NCBI GenBank assembly: GCA_963765145.1
Contig: CAVXVG010000027.1
Location: forward strand, 160,001-224,000
Source: Parachlamydiales bacterium
Lineage (GTDB): Bacteria; Chlamydiota; Chlamydiia; Chlamydiales; JAJFMK01
DNA: 64,000 nucleotides
Reading direction: 5' to 3'
Below, piece after piece: positions 29,653 to 42,000 of the stretch (its first letter is position 1; every line of letters starts with the position of its first letter). The notes under the pieces are model-generated. The model had not been told where the DNA came from. It made no database searches and saw only the letters and a program-made list of their open reading frames with translations. The position numbers and the translations under genes are program-made.

Positions 29653-30777
29653 TTATAAAAAACGACGCGTGTATACACTTTGCAATAGTCCGAGTGCACC
29701 CATTGTTGCTAACAATGAAGATCCGCCGTAGGAAACGAGGATGAGGGGGACGCCGGTGATGGGGAGAAAGCCAACCATCATGCCGATGTTCATGAGCATG
29801 TGGGCGGCTAGATAGATGCTGATGCCGGCGGCAATCAGCCTGCCAAAAGGGTCTTTTGCAACAAGGACCGTTTTGAAAGAGAGGAAGATGAGCAGATAAA
29901 GAAGCGTGAGGAGAAAAAGGAGGCCGATGAGGCCGACCTCTTCTCCAAAGGCTGGAAAAACTGAATCTGTATAGGGGGTTGGCAACCATCCATTGCCTGC
30001 AAATTCGCTTTTGCCAATGCCTGAACCTGCAAGCCCGCCAATAGCGATAGCTGTAAGGGATGCCCTTTGGTGAAGGGTATTGGGATCAAGCCTGTCGTAT
30101 TGATAATCTTTTAAAAAAACCGTTGCATAGGGACGAAAGGCTTCATGAGGAATCACTGCCGTGAATTTAAAGACAACAAACAGAAGCGCTAAAGCAAGGA
30201 CGAGGGAGATGCTTTTGATGACAAACCGATGGATGCCGCCAAAATAAAACATCACTAAAGCTATGGGAGGGAAGATAAGACTTGTCCCAAGATTTGGCTC
30301 TTTGAGTATTAAAAAAAATGGGATGAAGACAATCAACAGGGCAAGAAGAGCGGTGGTTAGCCTTTTTGTCTGATCTCGATTTCTTTCTAAAAACCAAGCA
30401 AGGATCAAGATGGTAACTAGTTTGGCATATTCTGAGGGTTGGAAACTAGAGCCTATAAAAGGGATGCGGTACCATCGATGGACATTTTGTATTGGCTCTA
30501 CGAAAAAAAGACCTACAAGGGCAACAATGGTAATGATATAAAGCGGCAGACTCCAATCGCGTAGTTTGCGATAATCAAAAAGGGCGATGCAAAAAAATAG
30601 GGCAAAACCTGCCCCATACCAAACCAACTGTTGCATGACCATCGGGGTAAAAAATTGGGTCGAATCCAACTGTGTTTGGCTATACGAGGAGATGATCAAC
30701 AAACTAATCAACGCAAGAAAAAGCAGAATGATGACAAGTTTTGGATCAATTTCCTTTAAACGCTTAGTTTCGAACAT
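29653..30777 (-). CDS. rodA: SEDS peptidoglycan glycosyltransferase RodA
   Basis: HRWY, QPSEYAK, EPNLGT, TDSVF...EE.G, PITGVPLILVSYGGSS; start at 30777 avoids overlap with birA. The stop codon is shared with a family D end fragment (CGCCCACTCCTTA). Confidence 0.92.
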   Translation of the reverse strand: MFETKRLKEIDPKLVIILLFLALISLLIISSYSQTQLDSTQFFTPMVMQQLVWYGAGFALFFCIALFDYRKLRDWSLPLYIITIVALVGLFFVEPIQNVHRWYRIPFIGSSFQPSEYAKLVTILILAWFLERNRDQTKRLTTALLALLIVFIPFFLILKEPNLGTSLIFPPIALVMFYFGGIHRFVIKSISLVLALALLFVVFKFTAVIPHEAFRPYATVFLKDYQYDRLDPNTLHQRASLTAIAIGGLAGSGIGKSEFAGNGWLPTPYTDSVFPAFGEEVGLIGLLFLLTLLYLLIFLSFKTVLVAKDPFGRLIAAGISIYLAAHMLMNIGMMVGFLPITGVPLILVSYGGSSLLATMGALGLLQSVYTRRFL

Positions 30778-30795
30778 ACATTTACCGCGAATTCT

Positions 30796-31482
30796 ATGAT
30801 GCCATACCAGACCTATAATTTTTCCACGATTCCCTCTACACAGGAAGAGGCCGCAAGAATTGCCAAACAACTGCCCTCTGGGACCATCGCCGTTGTATCG
30901 GCAGAGGCTCAAGAAAGGGGCAAGGGACGTGAAGATAGATGTTGGGATTCTCCCAAAGGCAATCTCTATCTTACGTTTATTTTACCCCTTCCACATGGGA
31001 CAAATGGCTCGACCCTTTCGCTTGTTCTGGCGGCAACAGTGGCAGAGCTTTTGAAGCACAAGGGAATTGAAGTGCAAATCAAATGGCCTAATGATCTTTT
31101 GATAGGCGGGGCAAAGGTGGCGGGGATTTTGGGTTCAGGTTCCTCTCCCCTTTTACTGGGTATCGGTTTAAATGTTGCCAGCCATCCAATGCTTGATAGG
31201 CCGACAACGTGTTTAAATACATTTGCATTGACGCCCTTTGATCTTGAACAGTTGAAAACCCAGCTAATCAACTCATTTTTAAATAATTATGAGAGGTGGT
31301 TAGAAGTAGGCTTTGATCCATTTTTCTCCATGTGGAGTTCTTTTCTGCTCCATCGGAAGGGAGACGCGATCAAGATAGGACAGAAGAACGCCACTTTTCT
31401 GCAAGCCGATCTCTCCGGCGCCATTTGGGTGGAAATAGAAGGAACCCCAAAACAAACCCATTCTGGGGAGGTAATAATTTAG
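30796..31482 (+). CDS. birA: Biotin-protein ligase (no HTH domain)
   Basis: STQ, Q..GKGR..R.W.SP, KWPND, KVAGIL, GIGLNV. Confidence 0.92.
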   Translation: MMPYQTYNFSTIPSTQEEAARIAKQLPSGTIAVVSAEAQERGKGREDRCWDSPKGNLYLTFILPLPHGTNGSTLSLVLAATVAELLKHKGIEVQIKWPNDLLIGGAKVAGILGSGSSPLLLGIGLNVASHPMLDRPTTCLNTFALTPFDLEQLKTQLINSFLNNYERWLEVGFDPFFSMWSSFLLHRKGDAIKIGQKNATFLQADLSGAIWVEIEGTPKQTHSGEVII

Positions 31483-31484
31483 CC

Positions 31485-31679
31485 ACTTGAAAACGTGCCC
31501 GTGCCCGTGCCCGTGCCCTTGCCCGTGCCCGAATTTAAAACCTTTTCCCCTCTTCCCCTCCCCCGTTCCAAAAAATGTCTGTCCTGCAATTTTATCTTTG
31601 AGTACAAAGAAGAATGTTTTCGTAGCCGAATACAAGTCGGGCACGGGCAGGGGCAAGGGCACGGGCACGTTTTTAAAGT
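31485..31679. repeat. Family F palindrome with (GTGCCC)n arms
   Basis: AAAACGTGCCCGTGCCC...CCCGA / TCGGGCACGGGC...GGGCACGTTTT. Confidence 0.88.
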
Positions 31680-31710
31680 CCGGCACGGTTAGATTATTCG
31701 AGGTAATTTT

Positions 31711-31794
31711 TTGGAATTTGTTTTTGCAGGTGTTTTGAGCCTTGCCTTAGTAGGTTATCTTGTTTATGGCCTAGTTTACCCGGAGAAATTTTGA
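31711..31794 (+). CDS. kdpF: K+-transporting ATPase subunit F (not in ORF track)
   Basis: GAGGT RBS, TTG start; MEFVFAGVLSLALVGYLVYGLVYPEKF; TGATG overlap with the kdpA start. Confidence 0.88.
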   Translation: MEFVFAGVLSLALVGYLVYGLVYPEKF

Positions 31795-33464
31795 TGATAG
31801 AACTGATCGCTTTGGTCGTACTTTTGTTGATTTTCGCCATCTTAATAGGGTCTTGGATGCCACGCCTTTTCGATGGGCGCAAAACCTTTCTTACCCCTGT
31901 TTTAGGCTTTGTAGAAAGGGGGATTTATAAATTGGCCGGCATCGATCCATTTGAAGAGATGGTTGCGATTCGCTATCTAAAAAACCTTTTAAAATTTAAT
32001 GCCCTTGGATTTTTTGTTTTATTTTCTATCCTTTTGCTGCAAGGATACCTCCCTTTAAATCCTCAAAATTTTCCAGGTTTGTCATTCGATTTGGCCTTCA
32101 ATACAGCTGCAAGTTTTGTGACCAATACAAACTGGCAGGCCTATGCAGGAGAAACAACGCTCAGTTATTTTTCTCAGATGTTTGGTCTAGCCGTTCAAAA
32201 TTTTTTAAGCGCAGCAACAGGATTTTGCGTTCTGTTGCCTTTGACCCGCGGCATCACAAGGAAAACTGCGCAAACGGTAGGGAACTTTTGGGCAGATCTT
32301 GTCAGATCGACTCTTTATGTGCTGCTTCCGCTGTCGCTACTTTTTGCTATCTTTTTAGTCAGCCAAGGCTCTATACAAAGCTTTGGTTCTTACGCCGACA
32401 TCACTACTTTAGAGGGGGCAAATCAAACCATACCTTTAGGGCCGGTTGCCTCTCAGGTCGCAATCAAACAGCTTGGGTCCAATGGAGGTGGGTTCTTTAA
32501 TGCCAATAGCGCCCACCCTTTTGAAAATCCGACACCCTTGACCAATTTTTTAGAAACTTTTGCGATTTTGCTGCTGCCTGCTGCTTTGGTCTACAAGTAT
32601 GGAGTCAGGTCAAAAGTTAAAAAGCATGCATGGCTTCTTTTGCTAGTCATGCTATCCATCTGGCTGTCGGGCATTTTTATCTCCAATATTGCAAGTTATA
32701 TGCGCAATCCAGTCTTAGGAACCGATCTAGTGTATGAGGGGATAGAGTCTCGCTTTGGATTACACGATACGCTTCTTTGGACTGTTTCGACTACGGCCAC
32801 TTCAAATGGTTCATCAAATGGTGCCATAGACAGCCTTTCGCCGCTTGCAGGCGGCGTTGCCCTCTTTAATATCATGCTGGGAGAACTTGTTTTTGGCGGG
32901 ATAGGCGTGGGGCTGTGCAGCATGTTGTTATATGTGCTTTTAACGGTGTTCTTAGCGGGATTAATGGTTGGAAGAACGCCGGAGTATAGGGGGAAGAAAA
33001 TTGAAAAGCGGGAAATACAGTGGGTGATGATCGCTATACTAACACCGGCAGCCTCAATCTTATTAGGCTCTGGAATCGCCCTTTCCTTACCTCAAGCTTT
33101 ATCTAGTTTAACCAATGAGGGGCCTCATGGGCTGACAGAAATGGTATATGCTTTCACATCTGCGGCCGGAAATAATGGAAGTGCCTTTCAAGGCTTAAAC
33201 GGCAATACACTCTTTTTTAATCTTGTTCTTGGTTGCATCATGCTGCTCAACCGGATGGCCATTGTTGTGCCGAGCTTAGTGATAGCTGGTGCGCTGGTTA
33301 CAAAAAAAATATCACCAGAATCGCGAGGGACCTTTTCTACTGAATCGTTGCTGTTTGCGATTCTATTGATAGGGGTTATTTTTATCGTTGGGGCTCTGAC
33401 CTACTTCCCGGCCCTTTGTTTAGGCCCGGTTATTGAACATCTGTTGATGTTGAGAGGTGGATAA
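31794..33464 (+). CDS. kdpA: K+-transporting ATPase subunit A
   Basis: [44 protein letters not shown]. Confidence 0.97.
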   Translation: MIELIALVVLLLIFAILIGSWMPRLFDGRKTFLTPVLGFVERGIYKLAGIDPFEEMVAIRYLKNLLKFNALGFFVLFSILLLQGYLPLNPQNFPGLSFDLAFNTAASFVTNTNWQAYAGETTLSYFSQMFGLAVQNFLSAATGFCVLLPLTRGITRKTAQTVGNFWADLVRSTLYVLLPLSLLFAIFLVSQGSIQSFGSYADITTLEGANQTIPLGPVASQVAIKQLGSNGGGFFNANSAHPFENPTPLTNFLETFAILLLPAALVYKYGVRSKVKKHAWLLLLVMLSIWLSGIFISNIASYMRNPVLGTDLVYEGIESRFGLHDTLLWTVSTTATSNGSSNGAIDSLSPLAGGVALFNIMLGELVFGGIGVGLCSMLLYVLLTVFLAGLMVGRTPEYRGKKIEKREIQWVMIAILTPAASILLGSGIALSLPQALSSLTNEGPHGLTEMVYAFTSAAGNNGSAFQGLNGNTLFFNLVLGCIMLLNRMAIVVPSLVIAGALVTKKISPESRGTFSTESLLFAILLIGVIFIVGALTYFPALCLGPVIEHLLMLRGG

Positions 33465-35560
33465 TGAAGAAAAAGACCAAATTTTTATCGTCAGAATTAT
33501 TCTTGGGGTCTATTAAAGAGTCGTTTTTGATGTTGTCGCCTCGTGTGCAATTCAGAAACCCTGTGATGTTTGTAGCCTATGTGGGCGCCATTTTAACCAC
33601 GCTATATGTCATTTTTAGTTCAAGTTTAAAAGAGAATTTCTCATTTAATTTGCAAATTTCTCTTTGGTTGTGGTTTACGGTCCTTTTTGCCAATTTCGCT
33701 CAATCCATCGCTGAAAGTCGTGGCAAAGCGCAAGCTTCCTCACTAAGAAAAGCCCAAATTGATTCTTTCGTTCGATTATTTAAAAACAATCACGAGGAGA
33801 AAATACCCTCTAGTGATTTGAGAAAGGGAGATATCATCATTTGTGAAGCAGGAGATTTTATCCCTGCTGACGGCGAGGTGATCGAAGGGATTGCCCTGAT
33901 AGATGAATCTGCCATCACAGGCGAATCTGCTCCCGTCATACGGGAAAGTGGGGGTGATCGTAGCGCAGTGACTGCGGGTACAAAAATTGTCTGCGATAAG
34001 ATCAAAATATTGATTACATCAGAAAAGGGGCAAAGCTTTTTAGATCGGATGATCCATTTGATTGAAGGGGCTAAACGACAAAAAACACCTAATGAAATTG
34101 CTCTCAATATCGTCTTATTTGGACTGACTATCATTTTTATATTCACAGTGATCGCGTTGAAGTTTTATGCCGACTACAGCGGCAAAGCTGCCGACCAAGA
34201 TTTAACTTCTCTGGTGACAGTGCCTGTTCTCGTGGCTCTGTTGGTTTGTCTAATTCCAACGACTATTAGCGCCCTTTTAAGCGCTGTGGGAATCGCTGGA
34301 ATGGATCGGCTGATTCAACGAAATGTGGTGGCTAAAAGTGGCCGCTCCGTTGAGGCAGCAGGCGATATCGACCTACTCATCTTAGACAAAACAGGGACCA
34401 TTACGATCGGCAATAGAATGGCTACCGATTTTTTCCCTATAAAAGGGGTCAGCGTTGAAACTTTAGCAGAGGCAGCACAATTAGCTTCATTGTCTGACGA
34501 GACGCCTGAAGGGCGTTCTATCGTTGTTTTGGCTAAGAAGAAATTCGGTTTGAGGGCAGAGTCACTTGATGTGACCCATACTAAATTCATCCCCTTTTCG
34601 GCAAAAGCTAGGATGAGCGGTGTTGATTTCTTAGACGATAAGGGAAAAGTCGTTAGATCGATCAGAAAAGGGGCACGTGATGCTATAGAGGAATTTATCG
34701 AACAAAATAATGGAACGTTTCCTCAAGAACTTAACAAGGTGATCAACGATATTGCCAACCAAGGAAGAACCCCTTTTGTAGTATCTGATAACGAAAAAGT
34801 GCTTGGCATCGTCCAATTAAAGGATGTCGTCAAAGGGGGAATTAAAGAACGTTTTGCTCTCATGCGAAAAATGGGAATAAAAACGGTGATGATCACAGGA
34901 GATAACCCCCTAACTGCCGCAGCTATCGCAGCAGAAGCTGGCGTCGACGATTATATAGCCGAGGCAACCCCTGAAATTAAACTGGCTTTGATTCAATTAG
35001 AGCAAAAAGGGGGGCGCCTTGTCGCCATGACGGGCGATGGAACAAATGATGCTCCAGCTCTTGCGCAGTCAGATGTTGGTGTGGCAATGAATACAGGCAC
35101 TCAAGCTTCACGAGATGCTGGCAACATGGTTGACCTCGATAGCAATCCGACAAAATTGCTCGATATTGTCGAAATCGGCAAGCAACTTTTAATGACAAGA
35201 GGGGCTTTAACTACCTTTAGTATTGCCAATGATGTGGCCAAATATTTTGCAATCATTCCGGCGCTCTTTGGAGTCCTTTACGTAGGGAAAGAAGAAAGCG
35301 CAGGCCCACTCATGAAGCTCAACGTGATGGGGCTCCATTCTTCTCACAGCGCCATATTAAGCGCGGTGATTTTTAATGCGCTGATCATTGTTGCATTGAT
35401 CCCTTTGGCCTTAAAAGGCGTTGCCTATAAGGCAGAGTCTGCGCAAGACCTACTGAGAAGAAATATTCTTATTTATGGTTTAGGAGGCATTATCTGCCCC
35501 TTTATTGGAATAAAGATCATCGATCTTCTATTAGTCGTGCTCGGAGATATTACATTATGA
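33464..35560 (+). CDS. kdpB: K+-transporting ATPase subunit B
   Basis: TGES, LIPTT, DKTGT, TGDN, GDGTND. Confidence 0.97.
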   Translation: MKKKTKFLSSELFLGSIKESFLMLSPRVQFRNPVMFVAYVGAILTTLYVIFSSSLKENFSFNLQISLWLWFTVLFANFAQSIAESRGKAQASSLRKAQIDSFVRLFKNNHEEKIPSSDLRKGDIIICEAGDFIPADGEVIEGIALIDESAITGESAPVIRESGGDRSAVTAGTKIVCDKIKILITSEKGQSFLDRMIHLIEGAKRQKTPNEIALNIVLFGLTIIFIFTVIALKFYADYSGKAADQDLTSLVTVPVLVALLVCLIPTTISALLSAVGIAGMDRLIQRNVVAKSGRSVEAAGDIDLLILDKTGTITIGNRMATDFFPIKGVSVETLAEAAQLASLSDETPEGRSIVVLAKKKFGLRAESLDVTHTKFIPFSAKARMSGVDFLDDKGKVVRSIRKGARDAIEEFIEQNNGTFPQELNKVINDIANQGRTPFVVSDNEKVLGIVQLKDVVKGGIKERFALMRKMGIKTVMITGDNPLTAAAIAAEAGVDDYIAEATPEIKLALIQLEQKGGRLVAMTGDGTNDAPALAQSDVGVAMNTGTQASRDAGNMVDLDSNPTKLLDIVEIGKQLLMTRGALTTFSIANDVAKYFAIIPALFGVLYVGKEESAGPLMKLNVMGLHSSHSAILSAVIFNALIIVALIPLALKGVAYKAESAQDLLRRNILIYGLGGIICPFIGIKIIDLLLVVLGDITL

Positions 35561-36090
35561 GAAAAATTATTGTTGTCTACTGCTTGCTAGTGCTATTGAC
35601 AGGTCTTTTTTATCCACTTTTAGTCACAGGACTCTCCGATTATTTCTTTGCAGAGAAAGCATCGGGTAGCTTTCTTTATAAAGACCGATGGGTTGGTTCA
35701 AAACTTATCGGACAAAAGTTTTCAAAAGAGGGTTATTTTTGGCCTCGACCCTCTGCTAGCGAGTACGACCCTTTAGCTTCCGGTGGAAGCAATCTTGGCC
35801 CGATAAGTCTAAAGTTAAAAGCTAAGGTAGAAGAAAGGAAGGCAAAATGGGGCTCAGATGCTCCTGTCGAGCTTTTATATGCGTCAGGCAGCGGTTTAGA
35901 CCCTTATATCACTGCCCCTTCTGCCTATTTTCAGGCTGAAAGGGTGGCAAAAGCACGTAATGTGGATAAAGAAATAGTTGAGGCATTGATAAAACAAAGC
36001 ACTATATTGCCCCGCTTTGGCTTTATAGGAAGGCCCATTGTGAATGTTTTGGAGCTGAATCTTTTGTTAGATGAGCATTCAAATGAGTGA
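35557..36090 (+). CDS. kdpC: K+-transporting ATPase subunit C
   Basis: [40 protein letters not shown]. Confidence 0.95.
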   Translation: MRKIIVVYCLLVLLTGLFYPLLVTGLSDYFFAEKASGSFLYKDRWVGSKLIGQKFSKEGYFWPRPSASEYDPLASGGSNLGPISLKLKAKVEERKAKWGSDAPVELLYASGSGLDPYITAPSAYFQAERVAKARNVDKEIVEALIKQSTILPRFGFIGRPIVNVLELNLLLDEHSNE

Positions 36091-38704
36091 AGATAGCGAC
36101 AGACCTAACCCTGAAGATCTCTTAAGGGCTGTTCAGCGTAGCGAGGTGAAGGGCGCACGCGGTAGGTTGAAAATCTTTTTGGGGATGGCTGCAGGCGTTG
36201 GTAAAACCTATACCATGTTGGAAGAGGCGCAAAAGTTGTCCAACTTAGGCACTCAGGTTGTTGTCGGAAGTGTAGAAACCCATGGAAGAAAGGAAACTGC
36301 CAAGTTACTTGAAGGTCTAAAAATAGTTCCTGAACGGTGGATGGAGTACCGAGGTACCCTTTTTAAAGAACTCGACATCGACGAAATTTTGAAGCAAAGG
36401 CCGGAGCTTGTCATTGTCGATGAATTGGCTCACAGCAACGTCCCAGGTTCGCGCCACCCCAAACGGTGGCAAGATGTTGAAGAAATATTAGATCGAGGGA
36501 TTAACGTTTTTACAACACTCAATGTTCAACACATTGAAAGCTTAAAAGATGTTGTAGAGCAAATTACCGATATACCAGTGACTGAATCGGTGCCAGACTC
36601 GATCATTGAGCAGGCAACACAGATTGAATTGATAGATTTAACCCCTCTGGAGCTTTTAGAGCGCCTTAAAGAGGGTAAAGTCTACTTAGGAGATCAAGCG
36701 CAAATAGCCATCCACCATTTTTTTCAAGAAGATCGATTAACTGCTTTGCGAGAGATGGCGCTCCGTTTTGCAGCAGAAAAAGTCGACCATGATTTACGTA
36801 GGATGGTGTCATCTGTCGAAAGGGAGGAGGCCTGGAAGCCGAGGGAAAGGTTACTTGCTTTGGTAACGCAAAACCCCAGAAACCAAAAAACGATCAGAAC
36901 AACAAGACGGTTGGCATTTGTTCTTAACGCTCCATGGATTGCGTTGCATGTTGACGATGGAAGTGAAATGTCCGATGAAGAAAAAGCCATTTTAACAAAG
37001 AATATGGACCTTGCACGTGATCTAGGGGCCGAAGTTATTTTGACTCATGATCCCTATGTGGAAGAAGCGATAAAAAGAATCGCTAAACAGTGGGGGGTGA
37101 CACAAATCATCATGAGTCGAAGGCCAGAAAGAGTGTTATTTGGTCTTTTTCCTCAAAGTAACCTGGTAGAAAGTGTGATTAAAAATTGCACAAACCTGGA
37201 TGTGCATGTCATCAGGTATACTGGGACAAGTTCGCGGTTTAAGAAATCTCGCCGTTACTTTCCAGAAAACTGGTCTCCCTATCTTGTTGTCACGATTTTG
37301 ATTGGGCTGCTTACAGCGTTTAATCTTTTCATTCATATATGGCTTGGCTACAGAGAGATTGGCTTTAATTACATGGTGGGCATCCTTCTGTTAAGTCTCT
37401 TTTTTAGACGGGGGCCTATTTTATGGGGTTCAATACTGGCTGCGTTGAGTTGGTTCTGTTTTTTTATCTACCCAATTAATAACGAAAGACCTGAACTTAG
37501 CGAAGATTGGCCGTTGCTGATTCTTTTTTTGCTTACTGCTTTTTTTATTGGCCTGTTGACCGAAAGAGCTAGAAAGAGCAAAGAAATGCTTGTTAAAAGG
37601 GAAGAGACCGCAGAGGCCCTTTATAAAACCGCTCGGGACATAGCTACCTCTACCAACCAAAAACAGCTTCTAGAAACTATTTGCAAAAGATCAGAAAGGT
37701 TGCTGGGTGGTGAATGCAAAATTTTCTTAAAAGGAGTAGAGAGCGATCAATTAGATTTAGAAAAAGAAGAGCAAGATCCTAAAGAGAAGGCTGCGATTGA
37801 ATGGGTGTTTGAGAATGGAAAAGAGGCCGGTTGGTCTACGAATACCCTGCCTCTAGGCAAAACGCTTTATCTGCCATTGAAGACGTCTACAGATTCTTAC
37901 GGCGTTTTTGGGCTCACGCCAACAAAAACAACCGAGCTTACCGTCGCTGATAAAAACTTTTTGTTAACAGTCTGTCAGCTGCTTTCAAGTGCTGTCGAAA
38001 AAGAATTCAAGGAAGCACACGAGAGAAAAGAAGAGTCGATCCGGCAAACAGAAAAAGTCTACCAGACAGTCTTGGATCTTTTGTCAGAGAAATTTGTCGA
38101 TCCATTTCATGCGTTAAGAGCATCTGTTGGGGAGTTGAAAGCCGATATCCCATTGGGCGAAAGGCTGATTTACCGGATAGATGATACATCTGAAAAGCTC
38201 TATCGGGATATCGAAAATATTTCTGCAATGGCCAAGTTAAATGCGGGCGAATTAGTGCCTGTTAAAGTCCCGAATGATGTTCGTAAGCTCTTTGACGCCT
38301 GTTTCAATAAGATTAAAAAACTGGTTGTGAAGCATCGAATAAAAATTGATGTCCCTCCAAATATTCCGCTCATCCTGTTTGACTTCAATTTAATACAAAT
38401 TTGCATCACGAATTTAATAGTGAATGCCATCCAAAACTCTCCGGAAGGTTCATGCGTGGAAATTCGAGTACAGATATCAAAGGATCAAGTGTTCTTATCC
38501 GTTTTGGATGAAGGAGAAGGGATACCTGAGGATATGTTAGAGACTGTTTTTGAAAAGTTTACCCGTCTTCCAGATGCTAAAAAGGCGGGCCTTGGTCTTG
38601 GCCTTTCAATTGCAAAAGAGATCGCCGCCCTCCATTCGGGAGACATTCGTGCATCGAACCGTGCAACCGGCGGCTCCGACTTCACCCTCTCTCTTCCCCT
38701 CTAA
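36083..38704 (+). CDS. kdpD: KdpD sensor; H-box degenerate
   Basis: GMAAGVGKT, DELAH, USP domain, 4 TM, GAF-like region, HATPase boxes (N..NA, DEGEG, GLGLG). The H-box region reads LLSEKFVDPF. Confidence 0.92.
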   Translation: MSEDSDRPNPEDLLRAVQRSEVKGARGRLKIFLGMAAGVGKTYTMLEEAQKLSNLGTQVVVGSVETHGRKETAKLLEGLKIVPERWMEYRGTLFKELDIDEILKQRPELVIVDELAHSNVPGSRHPKRWQDVEEILDRGINVFTTLNVQHIESLKDVVEQITDIPVTESVPDSIIEQATQIELIDLTPLELLERLKEGKVYLGDQAQIAIHHFFQEDRLTALREMALRFAAEKVDHDLRRMVSSVEREEAWKPRERLLALVTQNPRNQKTIRTTRRLAFVLNAPWIALHVDDGSEMSDEEKAILTKNMDLARDLGAEVILTHDPYVEEAIKRIAKQWGVTQIIMSRRPERVLFGLFPQSNLVESVIKNCTNLDVHVIRYTGTSSRFKKSRRYFPENWSPYLVVTILIGLLTAFNLFIHIWLGYREIGFNYMVGILLLSLFFRRGPILWGSILAALSWFCFFIYPINNERPELSEDWPLLILFLLTAFFIGLLTERARKSKEMLVKREETAEALYKTARDIATSTNQKQLLETICKRSERLLGGECKIFLKGVESDQLDLEKEEQDPKEKAAIEWVFENGKEAGWSTNTLPLGKTLYLPLKTSTDSYGVFGLTPTKTTELTVADKNFLLTVCQLLSSAVEKEFKEAHERKEESIRQTEKVYQTVLDLLSEKFVDPFHALRASVGELKADIPLGERLIYRIDDTSEKLYRDIENISAMAKLNAGELVPVKVPNDVRKLFDACFNKIKKLVVKHRIKIDVPPNIPLILFDFNLIQICITNLIVNAIQNSPEGSCVEIRVQISKDQVFLSVLDEGEGIPEDMLETVFEKFTRLPDAKKAGLGLGLSIAKEIAALHSGDIRASNRATGGSDFTLSLPL

Positions 38705-38711
38705 CCCCGTT

Positions 38712-38928
38712 CGAAAAAACCACAGAGGCAGTGAGATCTCGAGAGGAAATTTGAGAGCAGTGAGAGCCTTCTTTGTGTCTTCGTGTCTTTGTGTTTCAAT
38801 TTTCTTTAAAGCGATTGAAACACAAAGACACGAAGACACAAAGAAAACGCTTTCTTTTTTTTCTCAAAAAACAGCTCTCACTGCTCTCAAATTTCCTCTC
38901 GAGATCTCACTGCCTCTGTGGTTTTTCG
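38712..38928. repeat. Family C palindrome with inner (GACACAAA/GACACGAA)-type arms
   Basis: Near-perfect arms of about 50 bp, AAAAACCACAGAGGCAGTGAGATCTCGAGAGGAAATTTGAGAGCAGTGAGAGC. Confidence 0.92.
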
Positions 38929-39001
38929 GTTGTGCAGCAGCAGGTTTACTTCTTTTGAAAAAACGGATATAGATTAACGTCGATATTTGTAGGTTGTCCA
39001 C

Positions 39002-42000
39002 GTGCATTCATATTTCAAAAAAATAACGCTCTTTGTGCTATCCCTCTTAACACCCACCATGAAGGTGACAGGTGTTAGCGAGGTTGGATATACCTATCTG
39101 TACGATGGGACCCTTTCAATTACAGATCCCAATACTTTACCGAATGCGGTCTACCCCGTTATTTTCACTAACAAAGACTCAAGGGGTGCCACCCTTCAGT
39201 TTTCTGCCCCTCTAACTTTCCAAAATCCGATCTTAATCGGAAAAGATTTTGAGGCTGTCATAGATGTCGATACAAATCCGATCAATTTATACAGCAAAAT
39301 TTCCGATTTAACGTCAGGGGGCAACTTGTCATTTATTGGCGGTAATACAGTGACGTCGTTTGGTGTGGCCTCCAATAGCGGCATCACTTCGATCGATGCT
39401 GGTACTGCCCTTAAAGCAGGTTCCAATGCTTTGCTTTCAAATAGATCGCTCTACGCAGTGTCTGGCGTCCTTGATTTGAACAATTACAACCAGACGATAA
39501 AGGCCCTTTCTGGAGGAGGCGAAGTGGCATTAGGAACTGCTACACTGACAGTGGATGGGTCAACAGAAGAGACTCTTTTTTCAGGGACAATCTCTGGAAA
39601 AGGAAGCGTTGTTTTAAAGGCGGGAGAATTAACCCTTGCAAACAACAACAGCTACACAGGCAAAACGACAGTTGAAGTTGCAGGCACTTTAATGGCAGCA
39701 GCTAACCATCCGATATCTTCTTCAGAGGGATTACGGCTAGACGGCACGCTACTAGCTAACGACTTTCAAGTCGCACTGAATGGGCTATCTGGAAAAGGCA
39801 ACCTAAATCTGGGGACAAAAGGAACAGGCATAGTAGCTCTTTTAGGCTCCGAAACCCATTCTTTTGATGGAAATATCGTCGGGGATGGCCACCTAACCGT
39901 GGGGTCCAAAAACTCTAAGCCGACCCTTCTTTTGTCGGGTAGCAATACCCATTCTGGTTCCACCACCATTTTAGGAACGGTTCAAGCAAAATCCGAAACT
40001 GCCCTTTCAAATAACTCAACCATCACGGTAGAACCCTCAGGATCGCTTGATATAAACGGTTTTTCAACTACTCTTGCAGGTTTAAGTGGAGCAGGCAAAG
40101 TTAAAACACAAGGTGCCTCTTTAACAGTTGGAAGCGGTAATTTTAGCGGGGAGATTCAGGACAATGCACCGCTTATTAAAAGTACAGCTCACACGTTAAC
40201 GTTAAGCGGTTCAAACGCTGTATCAAGCATCAGGATCGAAGAGGGAAATTTAGCCGTTCACCAACAAAACAATATAGGGACAGAAGCCATCACCTTTGAA
40301 GGTGCTGACGCAACTTCTGCGAAACTCACTTTCTTACAACCCAATCAAACTTTTACCAATCCCATACTTGTTGCAGACGAGTTTGAAGCCCATATTTCAG
40401 GCAATCAAACCACTTTGAAGGGCAATATTACCGACCTAACAAGAAACGGAAATGTACAATTTGATGGCCAAGTGATTTTAACGGGAGACAATTCCTATTC
40501 CGGAAACACACACATCGCCCCTGACAGCACACTCTACGCAGCAAGTGCAACAGCGTTATCGCCCATCTCCACCTTTGTTGTAGAGGGCAATTTAGAGTTA
40601 AGTGCTGATAACACGCTCAATGCTTTAGAGGGGAATGGCAATATTGTTCTCGGAAGAGAGGGCAGCCCAACCCTCTCCATTACCCATGGAAACGATTTAA
40701 CATTTAGTGGCTCAATAGCCGGGCCTGGATCGTTAACGCTGCAGAGAGGGGATCTCGTATTAACCGGAAAGGAAAATACTCTAGCCGGAACAACCACCAT
40801 TGCACCCACTGCTACTTTAGTAGCTGCCGCTTCAGGTAGCCTTTCTCCTCTTTCACAAGTGGTAGTGGATGGAACCTTGAAGACAGAAAGGATGTCGATC
40901 CATTCAATCCCCTCTCTTTCTGGAACGGGTGAGGTAGTAGTAGGGACAGTCTTAATTCTGACAGACTCTACCAACTTTGCAGGAAATATTTCTGGAACCG
41001 GCGGAGTTAGCTTTCTTGCAAATGGGCCTTCATGCTTGAGCGGCAACAACAGTTATTCTGGACCTACCACCCTTTCAAACGGTTCTTTAACGGCACTTTC
41101 AACAACTGCGCTTTCTCCTTCCTCCGATTTTGCGGTTGATGGAAGTCTTGTTTTAACCGACTGCAGCAATACAGTAGGCACCTTGACCGGGTTTGGCTCT
41201 GTTGATGTGGGGCAGGAAGGGACCCTTTTAACCATTGCCGATGGAAATGAACGTCGTTTCTGCGGAGATATAACAGGAAATGGCGGTGTTGTATTACAAA
41301 ATGGAAAATGGGAAATGTGTCCGACGACTTCCAATCGTTATACCGGGCCTACCACAATAGAATCTGGGGCTACTTTAATTGTAGGCGCCACGAATGCGTT
41401 ACCTCAACAATCTGACTTCCATATCGAGGGCACTTTGTCGCTAAGCAGCGGACATGTTGATTTTGATGCAACTTTGCAAACGCTAGCTGGAGCAAATCCA
41501 AAAGCCAGCATTGATTTAGGATCGAATAAGGGTGGGATATTAACGATCAACGGCTCTTCTTCAACTGCTTATGCGGGCACGATGACAGGTTGCGGCGGAT
41601 TGACCATTCAAGAGGATGCTTCTTTAATTTTAAATGGAGCCACCAGCTATTCAGGCGTGACAACAGTGAAGGGAGACTTGATAGCAGGGGCCGATAGAGT
41701 ATTTTCTGCCTATTCAACCTACGCTGTCGATGGCACCCTTTCAGCCAACGATAAGACCCATACGATTGGCGCTCTCACTGGCTCTGGAATCGTCGATTTA
41801 GGCTATGCGTCCAATACTGTTTTTACTGTTTGCGGGGGAGATTTTGAAGGCCATATCATTGGCTTAGGTCAGTTATTGGTCAACGGAAGAGACAAGTTAA
41901 CGTTGCAGGCCGATCAAAGCTATTCTGGCGGAACAAAAATTGTCGCAGGATCTCTTGTCTTAAAAGGGGCTGGGGCCTTGCTTTCATCTGGAAATGTGGA

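Noticed and set aside
30778..30912. N-terminal extension of RodA overlapping birA (likewise the 46204 start overlapping umuC)
   Set aside because: The extensions are antisense to real genes; downstream ATGs give normal proteins.
31300..31738. PCPCPC / GHGHGH / PVPVPV ORFs that look metal-binding
   Set aside because: They are artefacts of the (GTGCCC)n arms of the family F palindrome.
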